Below are positions 1-10,898 of a stretch of 64,000 bases of DNA, piece by piece. Source of the DNA: an uncultured delta proteobacterium (lineage in GTDB: Bacteria; Desulfobacterota; Desulfomonilia; Desulfomonilales; Desulfomonilaceae); NCBI GenBank assembly GCA_963789265.1, contig CAWBKB010000001.1:960001-1024000 (forward strand), in the 5' to 3' direction. A program made the position numbers and the translations under genes. Each line of letters begins with the position of its first letter. The first letter of the stretch is position 1. A model generated the notes under the pieces. It searched no databases. It was not told where the DNA came from and was given only the letters and a program-made list of their open reading frames with translations.

Positions 1-555
1 GCTCAGGGCGGCTAATGCTTTCTCATTCAATTTGAGCACCGTGGAATCTTTTCCGCCTACGATGAGCAGCGTAGAGGCTTTCACTTGGCCTAGAATGTCC
101 ACAGCCAAGTCCGGCCTGCCCCCACGCGAGACAACAGCATGAATTAACCCCGGCCGTTCTTTTGCGGCAACAAGCGCGGCCGCAGCCCCGGTACTCGATC
201 CAAAGCAACCAATGTCCAGACCGTGGGTGTCCGGAGAAGTTACGAGCCAATCAACGGCGACTACAACTCTGTGCGCCAGCAGATCGATGTCAAAGCGGAG
301 ATGTCGAGTTTGAAGGTCTATGCGCTCTTCTTCGGGAGTTAGCAGATCCATGAGCAGTGTTGCCGGCCCCCCTTGTCGGAGGGTTTTTGCAACGAATCGG
401 TTTCGCCTGCTGTGTCGGCTGCTCCCACTGCCATGTGCAAAGACCACGATACTTTCAGCCCCTGAAGGTATGTTCAGATCGCCTTCCAGGAAGGTCGAAT
501 ACATTGCTATCTTTACCGGACGGTCTTCAATCGGCGAACCTGGATTCGTATTCAT
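1..555 (-). CDS. Dienelactone-hydrolase-family alpha/beta hydrolase (partial, runs off the window start)
   Basis: Not in the ORF track; translated by hand from ATG at 555 (GGAGG upstream): MNTNPGSPIEDRPVKI...VVFAHGSGSSRHSRRNRFVA...GCFGSSTGAAAAL...VVSRGGRPDLA. This family is commonly paired with the upstream phosphoribosyltransferase. Confidence 0.85.
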   Translation of the reverse strand, partial: MNTNPGSPIEDRPVKIAMYSTFLEGDLNIPSGAESIVVFAHGSGSSRHSRRNRFVAKTLRQGGPATLLMDLLTPEEERIDLQTRHLRFDIDLLAHRVVVAVDWLVTSPDTHGLDIGCFGSSTGAAAALVAAKERPGLIHAVVSRGGRPDLAVDILGQVKASTLLIVGGKDSTVLKLNEKALAALS

Positions 556-1238
556 GCTCGCCTCCTGTTTCCGGATGCTCCGGCCGACTCCGGATCAAAT
601 AATTGGCATGCTCGAGCAACCGGCAAACTTCTTCATCAGACGTCTGTGAGAAGTCCGCATACCAGATTCCGACCGCGGAAAATGGTCGCGGTGTCATAAG
701 GCAAATCACTTCGTCGGCCAAGAGTTTAAACGATTCACATGTTTCAGGCGGAGCAACCGGGACCGTGACGACGACCCGCGAGGGCCGCTTTGCTCGCACT
801 GCAGAAACCGCTGCGCGCATGCTGGCACCCGTGGCGAGACCGTCATCCACTACAATCACGGTTTTGCCTTGAATTTCGAGGGGAGGGCGGCCGCCGCGAT
901 AAGCTGATTCACGCCGTCGCAATTCCTCCTTTTCCCGGGCGACAACTCTGTCTCTCATGGTTCGGGACAGGTTAAGTGTTCTTAGAATGTCTTCATTCCA
1001 GCCCACCACGTCGCCCGAAGCGATGGCGCCCATTGCCAATTCTTCATGGCCGGGTACACCGAGTTTGCGCACTACGAAGACGTCTAAAGGCACACGGAGA
1101 GCTTCTGCGACCTCTAACCCGACCGGTACGCCGCCTCGTGCAAGCGCAAGTACCGATGGCATCTGAAAATTTCTCATGCTTTGAAAGCTCCTCTGCCAAT
1201 CTTTTACCGGCATCGCTTCTGTTGATGAATCTTGTCAT
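527..1238 (-). CDS. Phosphoribosyltransferase (PRT type I), split by a +1 frameshift at ~1153
   Basis: N-terminus MTRFINRSDAGKRLAEEL (ORF 1044..1238) joins VLALARGGVPVG...VIVVDDGLATGASM (ORF 527..1213) if one G is removed from ATCGGTACTT; PRPP-binding loop VDDGLATG present. Confidence 0.85.
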
Positions 1239-1544
1239 AGTCTTTCACCATCTATCCGAGTCAGCAAACACCACCGTATCCACACCTCCCTGTCATTAGA
1301 CGCCTTGGCCCCTGACCGTCGCAATTTGTAGCTGATGGCGAATCAGCCCACCGTCAATCTGACTCCTCGTACCACTCAATCCTACCCCTACCGCTGCCGG
1401 GCCGGAGTCGAAAGACACTTGGCGCTATGACCGACGACACCTCACTACAGTTAGTATAATGCACTTCTGATATTGCGGAAGGTGGCTTAAACACTGCTGC
1501 TGAGGAGGGAACGACAAAAGAGAGCCTAATTCAGAGCCATGTTG

Positions 1545-1700
1545 TACCAATTCGCGTTCAAACAAGTGACATCGTGTTTTTAGTGGGACAGTCTCGCCTG
1601 GGGCGGGATTGTCTGTCGTCATGCCCGCGTACGCGGTCCCGCGCGACGCGGGACAGACTGGACCCCGGATCGAAGTCCGGGGTGACGAATGGAAGGCAAT
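1545..1700. repeat. Composite palindromic intergenic repeat (CAAACAAGTGAC end + ATGCCCGCGTACGCGG + GACCCCGGATCGAAGTCCGGGGTGAC)
   Basis: Near-identical blocks recur at 22540-22715 (reverse), 44440-44495 and 52545-52665. Confidence 0.8.
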
Positions 1701-1986
1701 TCTGCGTTCTGCGCGGGACGGTCCTACTGTCGTTTTCACGTTTCTTTGTAGCTATCAAGCTATGGGAGTTGGTATTAGGCATTTCTCTTGTAGTGGAAAG
1801 TCATTGCGAGGGGCAGCGTGACGAACCAATCTTGGTTTTGTGCGCTTGCATGCGCATTGGGAAGAGGGGAACTCGCCCTAAATTGCGTGCTCCCCGATCA
1901 AGGTAAGCAAGAATGCCCTCTGACTGGGGCATGTGAATAACAGGACACCTCGAACTCGGATAGGTTTCGCCGGCGAGAGGAAAATC

Positions 1987-2314
1987 GCAACCGTTCAGCG
2001 GGAGAGGTCGACCAATGAAGGGTGACAGACCCCTTCCCGATGAGCTGTGATGGACTGAACGAGAAAGTCGAAAGGGTTTCTTTGCTGCACGATGCAGGTC
2101 CGAGTGACGGTGAGGCGCGTTCCGCGGGATCACCCCGGACTCCGATCCGAAGATGGTGGGGGCGATCCCGCGAAACGCGGGACCGCCCAGGGCGAATGCC
2201 AGTCGCCCCTACAACGTCCCCCTAATAAAAGGACATCGTTTTGGGCAACTGCTCTAAAATGGTTATCGCCAATAGCCGGGACAATCCGAATCTTTTTTCC
2301 CGTTGAACGGTTAC
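1987..2314. mobile_element. MITE-like non-autonomous element, 11-bp TIRs, 8-bp TSD
   Basis: Left end GCAACCGTTCA (1987-1997), right end TGAACGGTTAC (2304-2314); flanked on both sides by GGAAAATC (1979-1986 and 2315-2322). Confidence 0.8.
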
Positions 2315-2336
2315 GGAAAATCTTTCTCCTCAAACT

Positions 2337-3297
2337 TCAGGCCAGCGCACTTTCGACAGCTCTAACAATCTTCTCTTTGAGTTCGGGAAGAGGGAGAGTG
2401 GATCTGAGGCCGGCAGCATGACAATGGCCGCCTCCGCCCAGGGATTTAGCAATAAGCGAAACATCCAGGCGATCTTTGGATCGAAGACTCACCCTGGTCA
2501 TGTTGTCTCCGGTCTGAGTGATGAGCACACCCGCTTCAACTCCTCGGCACTCTCTGAGGCGATTCACAAGATTTTCGCCCTCGGAAAGTGCCAGTCCCAG
2601 CCGATCGTAGTCCGAGTGATAAAGAGTGCTCAGAACAAGCTTACCATGCAGCAGGACCTCAATTCGCTCCAACATCAGACGTTCAAGAAAGAGTCGGCCG
2701 AGTGAGTACCTCTTCGAATAGGTGACGGGTGACCTGGTAGGAGTCAAACCCCGATCCGAGCATCTCGGCTCCTACCCGCAGTGTCGTGCTATCGACACCG
2801 GAGAATCGGAAACCGCCCGTATCGGTGATGAGCCCGGTATAGAGGCATTTCCCGACATCTGCCGAGATCTTGTAACCCGCACCGGCTAGAACCTCGTGCA
2901 CCAGTTCGGCTGTGGAAGTAGCTGCCGGTTTCACGTAATTCAAATCGCCGAATTCCGGATTGGTAGGGTGATGGTCTATGTTTATAAGCTTAGCCTTTTC
3001 TCGAAAGAGCTTGATGTCGCCGCAGATACGGCGTTCCTCGGCAACATCGAGGGCTATGATCCATGCAGGAGTGTCGTCTATCCCTTCCGGAGTTGTGATT
3101 AGGGCATTGATCCCAGGTAGAAAATCGAAAAGGTCCGGGAATTTTTCCCCGCTGAAGGGCCAAACCTGTTTGCCCATTTCAGACAAGGCCAGATACATCC
3201 CCAACAGCGACCCAACAGCGTCTCCATCCGGGTTGACGTGAGAGACCACAAGGAATTTATCCTCGTTTTGAACTATGCCGGCAATTTCACGATTCAT
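2337..3297 (-). CDS. nrnA: DHH/DHHA1 phosphoesterase (NrnA-like oligoribonuclease/pAp phosphatase), +1 frameshift at ~2709
   Basis: Motifs SHVNPDGDAVGS, IDHH, TDTGGF and C-terminal GGGGH..AAG; follows rbfA as is typical. Removing one G from GAGGTACTC joins LFEE to YSLGRLFL. Confidence 0.85.
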
Positions 3298-3646
3298 CTT
3301 TAGTCTCGGCGGGGACAATTTCTTTTAGCAATTTGTTGATGCGAGAAAAATTGTCGAAGGAGGTGTCGTAAAAGAATGAGAGTTCCGGGATGTATTTGAG
3401 ATCCAACTGCTGGCGAAGTTGGTGCCGAATAAATCCTCCAGCGTTTTCGAGCCCTTTTCTGTGCGAGTCAGCCTTCCCATCGGTAAGGCTACTGAAGTAG
3501 ACCTTTGCGGATTTCAAATCATCAGTCATCCTTACCTCGGTTATGGTGACCCCTTGAACCCTTGGGTCTTTGATTCTAAGGACTACAATGTCTGAGATCG
3601 CCTGGCGCAGGAGTTCTGCCACGCGACTTTTTCTAAAGCTGGACAT
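3287..3646 (-). CDS. rbfA: 30S ribosome-binding factor A
   Basis: RKSRVAELL...IKDPRV...VTITEVRMTDDLKSAKVY...KYIPELSFFYD; located in the infB operon. Confidence 0.95.
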   Translation of the reverse strand: MSSFRKSRVAELLRQAISDIVVLRIKDPRVQGVTITEVRMTDDLKSAKVYFSSLTDGKADSHRKGLENAGGFIRHQLRQQLDLKYIPELSFFYDTSFDNFSRINKLLKEIVPAETKDES

Positions 3647-3693
3647 CTTAGGATGCTTCTTTCAGGCAAACAGGCCGAACTGCGTGCGACCGA

Positions 3694-3981
3694 TCAATAG
3701 TGAACGATTTCGATACGGGAATCTATGATTTCGGCTAAATGCAGGCTATCCACGTAGTTGGTAATGGTTTCGAGCATGCGATGAGCATGTCCGCTGTCAT
3801 TGGTCACCACTGCAAATCCTATGGTGCAGCGCTGCCATTTGTCGTGGTTGTCCACCTCAGCGATGGAAAGATCAAACTTGCCGCGCACCCTACCCAGGAT
3901 GCTCTTGGTAACCTGTCTCTTGGCCTTGAGCGAGCCCGAATTGTGAATCATTAGGTCAATAACGCCCACTCCAACAACCAT
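3694..3981 (-). CDS. DUF503 (YlxP-like) protein
   Basis: MVVGV...SLKAKRQV...KFDLSIAEVDNHDKWQR; sits between infB and rbfA. Start taken at ATG 3981 after GGAG. Confidence 0.9.
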   Translation of the reverse strand: MVVGVGVIDLMIHNSGSLKAKRQVTKSILGRVRGKFDLSIAEVDNHDKWQRCTIGFAVVTNDSGHAHRMLETITNYVDSLHLAEIIDSRIEIVHY

Positions 3982-4067
3982 TTGATCTCCGGAGCCGGGC
4001 CTCGACTTCAAGTTTGAAAGTGAGCCTGGAAGTGGCGGTGCCGTTGTCTCCCTTGCCGCTTAAACGC

Positions 4068-6872
4068 CTAGGTAAGCTTGGCACTTTCCTTTTCTATGGT
4101 AAATGCCTCAATTATGTCTCCGAGCTTCACGTCTTTAGTATAGTTTTCCAAGGCGATACCGCATTCATATCCTTCCAAAGATTCCTTGATGTCATCTTTT
4201 TGTCGCTTCATGGAGGAGATTCGCCCCTGATAAATCACGATGTTGTCTCGAATCAAACGAACCTGGTTCGATCTGTCGATCTTGCCCGAGGTCACATAAC
4301 ATCCTGCTATCATGCCAATCTTGGGCACGTGGAATGTCTGACGTACCTCGGCTCTGCCCACAATGGTCTCTCTTTCTATGGGGGCAAGCATTCCTTCCAT
4401 AGCCTTGCGCACGTCATCAATGGCTTCGTAGATTACGCTGTACAAGCGTAGATCTATCTTCTCTTCTTCGGCCAATTGTGCCGCTTTGGGTGACGGTCTC
4501 ACATTGAACCCTATTATGATAGCCTTAGAAGCGCTGGCCAGCATTACGTCCGATTCAGTGATTCCGCCCACTCCCCCATGGATAATCTTGACCTTGATCT
4601 CTTGAGCCGAGATTCCCAGTAGAGCCTCTCTGACTGCTTCCACCGAACCCTGCACATCCGCCTTTATGATGATGTTCAGTTCCTTGGTCTGCCGTTCTTG
4701 CATACGGGCCAAGAGGTCCTCAAGTGAAGCCGGGGCGGTGACTGCCGCCTCTTGTTCACGCTGTTTTTGCTGGCGATGCAAACTTATCTGCCTTGCGATC
4801 TTCTCCTCGTCCACCACTACAAACAATTCCCCGGCCTCGGGTACGCCGGATAATCCGTGTACCTCCACCGGAGTAGCCGGACCGGCGTAATCAACGTTGC
4901 GTCCCTCATGATCGAGCATGGCTCTAACTTTGCCGCGATGAGTCCCTGCAACAAAAGGATCACCCAGCTTCAGAGTGCCTTCCTTGACGAGAATTGTAGC
5001 GACCGGCCCTTTGCCTTTATCCAGCCGGGCTTCAATGACTGTGCCTGCTGCAAGCTTATTAGGGTTCGCCTTGAGTTCCATCACCTCGGCTTGCAGCAAG
5101 ATCAGGTCGAGTAATTCATCAATCCCCTCGCCGGTCTTAGCGCTCACGTAGGTGAAGAGAGTGTCCCCGCCCCATGCCTCGGGTATCAGGTTGTGCTGGC
5201 TCAGCTCTCTGATAACTTTGTCTTTATCCGCGTCCGGTTTGTCGATCTTATTGACAGCCACGATGATAGGCACTTCTGCGGCTCGGGCGTGGTTTATAGC
5301 TTCCACGGTCTGGTCCATGACTCCATCGTCCGCGGCCACGACCAGAATGACGAAGTCAGTCACCTGCGCGCCTCTGGCACGCATCGCTGTGAAAGCCTCA
5401 TGACCCGGGGTATCCAGGAACACCAATTCCCCTTTTCCCACCTTAACCTTGTAGGCGCCGATGTGTTGGGTTATTCCGCCTGCTTCCTGATCGGTAACAT
5501 GGGTAGATCTTATCGCGTCCAACAGAGAAGTCTTTCCATGATCCACGTGCCCCATCACTGTGATTACCGGAGGCCTTAGCACCACATTTTCTTCGGTATC
5601 TTTGATCACCGTGGGCAGAAGATCGTGCTCGGATTGCTCGGACGATTCAGTCTCATACCCAAATTCCGAAGCCACCACGCTGGCCGTGTCGAAATCAATG
5701 GCTTCATTTATCGATGCAGCAACCCCGAGGCTTATCAGATGTTGGATCACTTCGGAGGACTTGACACTCATTTTGTGAGCCAAGCTTGCCACGGTGACGA
5801 TTTCCGGCAGCTTCAGGCGTCTCTTGATGGCTTTGGGGGTTGTTATCTCCGTCTTGCGGGGCCTTGGTTTCTTGCCCTTCGTCCTGAGTCTGCCTCTGCC
5901 CCGTTCATCATAGAGATCACCTCTGAGAAGCACTTCCTTGCGTCTACGGACCTTCCCCTTTTCTTCTTCAATCCGTTCTTCGACAATGTCGCGAACTTTC
6001 TTCTCTTTCTTCTTTTTGCGCTTTTCTTCGTCCTGGACAAAATCGGGGGCTACGATCTGCGGTCGGGGTTCAACGACACGGAGAGTTCTCGGCGCCTCCG
6101 GCGCAGGCTTACGCACGACCTCCACTCGCTCGGGTTCCTTAGGACGTTCCTTTCTGAGCTCCACCTTCCCAATAATCTGGGCAGGCTGAATCCTTTTTTC
6201 TTTCTTTTTCTTTTTCTTTGCCTGCTTTTCCTCAGCGGTCAGTCCTTCCTCGGGAGTAGGCCGGGCTTCCGGCGCGGTCGGGGCCGCTTTCTGCCCAGGA
6301 GACACGACAACGTCAGGTACTTCAGCAGATACTGGTGCAGGCTTGACGTGAACGGTCGGGATTCCTTTCAGCTCCGCTGCCGCCTCAGCAGCTCCTGGAA
6401 AAGGCTCTTTCTCAGAAGGAGGTTCAGGCGCGACTGCGGGCTTCACGGCAGGACTCGGCCTCGGGGCCATTTCTATGATTCTTGCAGGCTCCAGCTTCTT
6501 CACTTTCTTAACCGGCTTTGCATGTGGTTCTTTGGTGTGCGGTTTGGGTTCGGTCGGAGCTTTTTCTTCGGCCTCAGTCTCGGTAACTGCCGCTTCCTCG
6601 GAAAGGGCTTCAGCGGAAAGTTCTTCTCTCTCTACTGTCTCGGGACCTTTCTTTACTCTCCGCCGGATCACGGTGGGTTTGATCCGCTGCTCTACAACCT
6701 CCGGTTGCGGGAGAACTGTCACGAGCTGGGCCCGTAACGCGGCAGGGTCATCCGTCTCCAACGGGCTCTCCGGCCCCTCAACTTCATAACCCATAGTCAG
6801 AAGTTCTCTAAGCAAATCTTCATTTCTGACTTTCAAGTCCCGGGCCAAGTCGTCAACGGTCAGCATGGTCAT
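4068..6872 (-). CDS. infB: Translation initiation factor IF-2
   Basis: G-domain motifs [31 protein letters not shown]; long Pro/Lys/Glu-rich N-terminus. Start at ATG 6872 after AGAGG. Confidence 0.97.
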   Translation of the reverse strand: MTMLTVDDLARDLKVRNEDLLRELLTMGYEVEGPESPLETDDPAALRAQLVTVLPQPEVVEQRIKPTVIRRRVKKGPETVEREELSAEALSEEAAVTETEAEEKAPTEPKPHTKEPHAKPVKKVKKLEPARIIEMAPRPSPAVKPAVAPEPPSEKEPFPGAAEAAAELKGIPTVHVKPAPVSAEVPDVVVSPGQKAAPTAPEARPTPEEGLTAEEKQAKKKKKKEKRIQPAQIIGKVELRKERPKEPERVEVVRKPAPEAPRTLRVVEPRPQIVAPDFVQDEEKRKKKKEKKVRDIVEERIEEEKGKVRRRKEVLLRGDLYDERGRGRLRTKGKKPRPRKTEITTPKAIKRRLKLPEIVTVASLAHKMSVKSSEVIQHLISLGVAASINEAIDFDTASVVASEFGYETESSEQSEHDLLPTVIKDTEENVVLRPPVITVMGHVDHGKTSLLDAIRSTHVTDQEAGGITQHIGAYKVKVGKGELVFLDTPGHEAFTAMRARGAQVTDFVILVVAADDGVMDQTVEAINHARAAEVPIIVAVNKIDKPDADKDKVIRELSQHNLIPEAWGGDTLFTYVSAKTGEGIDELLDLILLQAEVMELKANPNKLAAGTVIEARLDKGKGPVATILVKEGTLKLGDPFVAGTHRGKVRAMLDHEGRNVDYAGPATPVEVHGLSGVPEAGELFVVVDEEKIARQISLHRQQKQREQEAAVTAPASLEDLLARMQERQTKELNIIIKADVQGSVEAVREALLGISAQEIKVKIIHGGVGGITESDVMLASASKAIIIGFNVRPSPKAAQLAEEEKIDLRLYSVIYEAIDDVRKAMEGMLAPIERETIVGRAEVRQTFHVPKIGMIAGCYVTSGKIDRSNQVRLIRDNIVIYQGRISSMKRQKDDIKESLEGYECGIALENYTKDVKLGDIIEAFTIEKESAKLT

Positions 6873-6876
6873 CCAG

Positions 6877-7146
6877 TTACCTCTTCTGTTCGAGCCCCTT
6901 AAGCAGTTCGTGTTTTGCCGGTGCCACAACGTTTCGTCGAAGCGCTCTCGCCAGACAGCCCTTCTTCAGAGCCTTTTCCAAACATTCTTCCTGCGGACAT
7001 ATATAGCACCCTCTGCCTGAGGTTTTGTCTTTTCGAGGAGATACAACTACTTTCTCCCCGCTTGCCTTGAAACGTATCAATTCCGATGCCGGACGTCTGC
7101 GCCGGCATCCGACGCACTGTCTTATCGGGACGTGTCCCTTTTTCAT
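6877..7146 (-). CDS. ylxR: YlxR/DUF448 RNA-binding protein
   Basis: PIRQCVGCR...GRGCYICP..ECLEKALKK; between nusA and infB. Confidence 0.9.
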   Translation of the reverse strand: MKKGHVPIRQCVGCRRRRPASELIRFKASGEKVVVSPRKDKTSGRGCYICPQEECLEKALKKGCLARALRRNVVAPAKHELLKGLEQKR

Positions 7147-8645
7147 GCCGTACGTCTAGTCTGCCTCTTTGCGGCCTTACTTGTCCGCGCCCTGTCGGCA
7201 CCGGCCGCTTTTTGAACCGGTTCTGCTGAAGCCTCTTCCGGGATCTCTTCTTCCGCCGCTGTTGTCGGCATCTCTTCCGGGGTCGGTGGTTCAGCTATCG
7301 GTGTTTCCCCCTCAACCTCAACCTCAGCCTCAGCCTCGACCTTAGCCTCAGCATCCGCTGCCGGGCCTTCGGCTTCGCCCTCGCTTTCGGCTCCCAGGTC
7401 TCTTTGCTCAGGCGGATTGGCCAAGTAACGGAGAGCCCCTTGCAGCAGCAATGTTCCTTTTTCCTCCGTAATTCCCATGAAGCTCGTCAACTCCGGAAGG
7501 GTGGCCTTAGCTATATCTTCAGGTGTTCGGTATCCGTTATCGAATAATATGGTAGCAGTCTCTTCGTCCATGCTGTCAATTTGGATCAGCCGTTCGAAGG
7601 ATTCCCCGGTAATTTTCTCCTCTTTGGATTCGCTTCTCACATCAATCTTCCAGCCCGTGAGCTTTGCGGCAAGCCTTACGTTCTGCCCTTTCTTGCCGAT
7701 GGCCAGCGATAGCTGATCATCGGCCACGATGACTTCCATCGTGCTGGTGTCCTGATCAATAATTACCTTTGAAATGTCAGCAGGTTGCAGGGCATTGCAT
7801 ACAAAATGAGCTGAGTCATCGTTCCAAGGGATAATATCTATCTTCTCACCTCTAAGCTCTTGCACGACAGCTTGAACCCTGGATCCTTTCATGCCTACGC
7901 ACGCTCCGACCGGGTCAACATCGGCATCCGAGGATCGCACACCGATTTTGGCCCTTTGTCCGGGTTCTCTTGCCGCACACATGATCCTCACGATACCTTC
8001 CGCGATTTCAGGAACTTCCTGCTCGAAAAGCTTTACTAAAAAGGCGGGATTGGACCGCGAAAGAATGATCTGAGGGTCTTTCTGCGTCTGCCTCACATCC
8101 AGGAGCAGGGCCCTGATCCTGTCCCCTTGCCTGAAGTTCTCACGGGGAATCTGCTCGCTATATGGAAGGATGGCCTCACCCCGGCCTAGATTCACGATCA
8201 GGTTACGTTTCTCGAACCGTTGCACCATTCCGGTGATTACGTCGCCTTTGCGGTCCTTGTATTCCGTGTACAAATTCTCGCGTTCCGCATCTTTTACTTT
8301 CTGAATTATCACCTGCTTGGCGGTCTGTGCGGCGATGCGGCCGAAACTCTCGGTGTCCATCTTTACGCCGAGTTGGTCGCCAACCTCGGCTTCCGGGTCC
8401 AATTCGCGACGTGCGGTGTCGAGATCGATCTGGACCGTGGAATCTTCGACCTGGTCGACGACATCCTTGAAGAGGAAGACCTCCACTTCGCCTGTTTCGT
8501 CGCTGTACTGGGCTTCAAGCTCTACCCGGTTGCCATATTTTTTTCTTGCTGCAGAGACCAGGGCGGCTTCCAGAGCTTCGACGAGTGTCCCTCTTTCTAT
8601 TCCCTTTTCTTTGGCGACCTGGTCTATCATTCGGTTCAAGTTCAT
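7143..8645 (-). CDS. nusA: Transcription termination/antitermination factor NusA
   Basis: FGRIAAQTAKQVIIQK, S1 domain, KH motifs (ACVGMKGSRVQAV, AIGKKGQNVRLA), acidic low-complexity C-tail. Confidence 0.97.
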   Translation of the reverse strand: MNLNRMIDQVAKEKGIERGTLVEALEAALVSAARKKYGNRVELEAQYSDETGEVEVFLFKDVVDQVEDSTVQIDLDTARRELDPEAEVGDQLGVKMDTESFGRIAAQTAKQVIIQKVKDAERENLYTEYKDRKGDVITGMVQRFEKRNLIVNLGRGEAILPYSEQIPRENFRQGDRIRALLLDVRQTQKDPQIILSRSNPAFLVKLFEQEVPEIAEGIVRIMCAAREPGQRAKIGVRSSDADVDPVGACVGMKGSRVQAVVQELRGEKIDIIPWNDDSAHFVCNALQPADISKVIIDQDTSTMEVIVADDQLSLAIGKKGQNVRLAAKLTGWKIDVRSESKEEKITGESFERLIQIDSMDEETATILFDNGYRTPEDIAKATLPELTSFMGITEEKGTLLLQGALRYLANPPEQRDLGAESEGEAEGPAADAEAKVEAEAEVEVEGETPIAEPPTPEEMPTTAAEEEIPEEASAEPVQKAAGADRARTSKAAKRQTRRTA

Positions 8646-8647
8646 GG

Positions 8648-9157
8648 TCAATCCCCCGTGGTGACGGCTCTTCTTCGCAAGTCTCGACGGAACAGCTCTT
8701 GCTCCGGAAGGTCCAACCGCGCCTTTTCCACATCTTCCAGGCTAATTTCGAATCGGTCTCCATCAGCCTCGATCACAATCCTCGAATTTTCCATTCCTTG
8801 TAATATCCCATGAAAATTGCGTCTACCGGCCACTTTTCGGTTAGTCTTAATCCGGACCGGCGATCCGGCAAAGAGGCGGAAATCTTTATCTTTCCTGATG
8901 ACTCTATTGATCCCCGGAGAAGACACCTCAAGCGTGTAACGTCGGTCTATAGGGTCTTTTATATCGAGTAGGGCTCCTACCTGCCGGCTGACAAATTCGC
9001 AATCATCCAACGTCACACCTGTAGGGCTGTCAATGTAAAGCCTCAGGACCCATCGTCCTTCTTCGGGTTTGAACTCGATCTCGACCAGTTCCATGCCGTC
9101 CGGTTCCAATATCGGCTCGATCATGGCCCACAGCGAGTTTATGAGTTCCCGATCCAT
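8648..9157 (-). CDS. rimP: Ribosome maturation factor RimP
   Basis: LRLYID...GVTLDDC...YTLEVSSPGINR. Start placed at ATG 9157 (GAGGGGAG SD), since the longer ORF overlaps the tRNA. Confidence 0.93.
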   Translation of the reverse strand: MDRELINSLWAMIEPILEPDGMELVEIEFKPEEGRWVLRLYIDSPTGVTLDDCEFVSRQVGALLDIKDPIDRRYTLEVSSPGINRVIRKDKDFRLFAGSPVRIKTNRKVAGRRNFHGILQGMENSRIVIEADGDRFEISLEDVEKARLDLPEQELFRRDLRRRAVTTGD

Positions 9158-9218
9158 TTCTCCCCTCGTGCGAGTCATATCCCTCGGGCTTTGCTTAAGA
9201 CCCTCGATCCGGGCCATA

Positions 9219-9246
9219 ATAAAAAACCCGGGGACGCAACCCGGGT
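9219..9246 (-). terminator. Hairpin + U-tract between tRNA-Gly and rimP (terminator/attenuator)
   Basis: Minus strand reads ACCCGGG-TTGCGTC-CCCGGGT followed by TTTTTATT. Confidence 0.6.
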
Positions 9247-9262
9247 GGTCTTCACCACTCTC

Positions 9263-9338
9263 TGGAGCGGGCAACGGGGCTCGAACCCGCGACATCAAGC
9301 TTGGGAAGCTTGCACTCTACCAACTGAGCTATGCCCGC
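9263..9338 (-). tRNA. tRNA-Gly (anticodon CCC)
   Basis: GCGGGCATAGCTCAGTTGGTAGAGTG-CAAGC-TTCCCAA-GCTTG-ATGTCGCGGGTTCGAGCCCCGTTGCCCGCT-CCA; 76 nt, cloverleaf, encoded CCA. Confidence 0.97.
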
Positions 9339-9393
9339 GCTCTTTTATATGTAACAACGAGTGCTTTCGAAGTCAAGCACTTTGAGTCTTGTT

Positions 9394-10719
9394 TCAATCA
9401 AGGGGTTCCGTTTTCAACGAGTCGATGCGCAACGCCTTAATGCGATTTCCTTCCATCTCCAGGATCTGGAAGCGCCATTCTTCGTAGTCTACGTAATCGC
9501 CGGCAGATGGAATCCTTCCCATTTTGTCCAGAACAAACCCCGCAAGAGTCGAATAATAGAGAGATTGAGGGAGGACAATCGAATGCAGCTCTCTCAGTTC
9601 GTGAAGAGTCATCAGACCGTCTACCACAAGGCCACGCGCGTAGTCCGGGAGAGTGGCATATCCGAGGCGGGGGGGGACCTCACTATCAATCTCTCCGATC
9701 AGTTCCTCCAGAATATCTTCGAGGGTGATAATGCCGTCCACAATTCCGTGCTCATCCACTACAACCGATAGTTGGACCTTGTTCTGCTGCATGGCAGCCA
9801 ACACTCGGTCCAATGGCTGGCCGCGGGCGGTGAAAGTGGCCGGCCGGATGAGGGCCGAAGCTGTTTGCGGCTCCTCATGGAGAAGCAAATCTTTCACGCT
9901 TACCAGGCCCAGGACATTTTCTCCCTCCGCATCGATAACCGGAAAGTTGGTAAAGGGATGTTTCTTATACGTTTTCAGAATCTTATTTTTGATGTTCGGG
10001 TCGTGCCGTGAATCGACCTTCACTGCGACTATCCTGTGCCGAGGTATCATAACATCTTCAACACGCGTCTGCGAAAGCCTGGTTACTCTGACCAGCATGT
10101 CGTAAATACGAGCCGGCATTTGCCTGCTTTCCACGAGTTCAGAGGCCATCATGCGAAGTTCTTCCGGGGTCAGTGCAGTCGTTTTGCTAGAAGGCCGAAT
10201 CCTGATGAGCTTGAAAACAGCCCTTGTCGAGGCTGTCAGGAGCCGAACCACGGGGTGCATAATTGCCGCAAAGATCCGGAAGGGGCGGGCCAGTATCAGA
10301 CTGATCCTACCGGGATAGCGGCGGGCCAACGATTTCGGGACGAGTTCGCCGACTACCAGGCTGATGTAGGAAATGGTGACCGTCGCTCCAAAGAGAGCAA
10401 GCGCCTTTCCAAAGGAGGATGAGGGAGACACCCCGGCGGCCGAAATCAGGGGCGAGAAGAGATCCTCGGCAAATGCGCCGGCAATAACTGAAGAAAGAGT
10501 TCCAATGAAGGTCACTCCGATCTGGACGGTAGCAAAAAAATCGTCAATATTCTTCTGAAGAAAAATTGCCGTCGACGCGCCGGGTATCTTTTCGTTTTCG
10601 AATCTTTTGAGCCGGGCTCGGGGTACAGATACGAGGGCTATCTCAATGCACGCGAACAGACTATTAACGAGAATCAGCAGTCCGATTACGCATACCAAGG
10701 TTGGCAAGGTTGCCATCAT
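9394..10719 (-). CDS. Hemolysin-family CNNM/CBS/CorC-HlyC membrane protein
   Basis: DUF21-type TM region (FACIEIALVS, VQIGVT, VVGELVPKSLA), tandem CBS (VVDEHGIVDGIITLEDILEELIGEI) and a CorC-type C-terminal domain. Confidence 0.9.
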   Translation of the reverse strand: MMATLPTLVCVIGLLILVNSLFACIEIALVSVPRARLKRFENEKIPGASTAIFLQKNIDDFFATVQIGVTFIGTLSSVIAGAFAEDLFSPLISAAGVSPSSSFGKALALFGATVTISYISLVVGELVPKSLARRYPGRISLILARPFRIFAAIMHPVVRLLTASTRAVFKLIRIRPSSKTTALTPEELRMMASELVESRQMPARIYDMLVRVTRLSQTRVEDVMIPRHRIVAVKVDSRHDPNIKNKILKTYKKHPFTNFPVIDAEGENVLGLVSVKDLLLHEEPQTASALIRPATFTARGQPLDRVLAAMQQNKVQLSVVVDEHGIVDGIITLEDILEELIGEIDSEVPPRLGYATLPDYARGLVVDGLMTLHELRELHSIVLPQSLYYSTLAGFVLDKMGRIPSAGDYVDYEEWRFQILEMEGNRIKALRIDSLKTEPLD

Positions 10720-10898
10720 AACCTCCGGGGCAGGCGCGTCTGTATTTAGATTAGAGGTTTGCGGGAGGAATTGTAAACCTATGTGTGCTCTATCAAGAGG
10801 GAGAAGAGTTCAGTTGTGTCGGTTTTCCCGTTGCAAAGACCTTACTCCAAGAGCGTCGTCCCGACGCCGCGCAGGGGGGCATAAGCAATTCTTGCGAA

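Noticed and set aside
5625..6737. 370-aa plus-strand ORF and other long antisense ORFs (10785..11684, 13278..14087, 29322..29969, 54293..54844)
   Set aside because: Shadow ORFs opposite well-supported genes, with no motifs of their own.
9157..9298. N-terminal extension of RimP in the ORF track
   Set aside because: It overlaps tRNA-Gly and the hairpin; a better start with SD lies at 9157. Similar over-extensions were trimmed for infB, hoxE, hoxU, hoxY and the GGDEF gene.
9263..9400. tRNA-Gly as an integration site for an island
   Set aside because: No duplicated tRNA 3' end or integrase in the window; the flanking genes are housekeeping.
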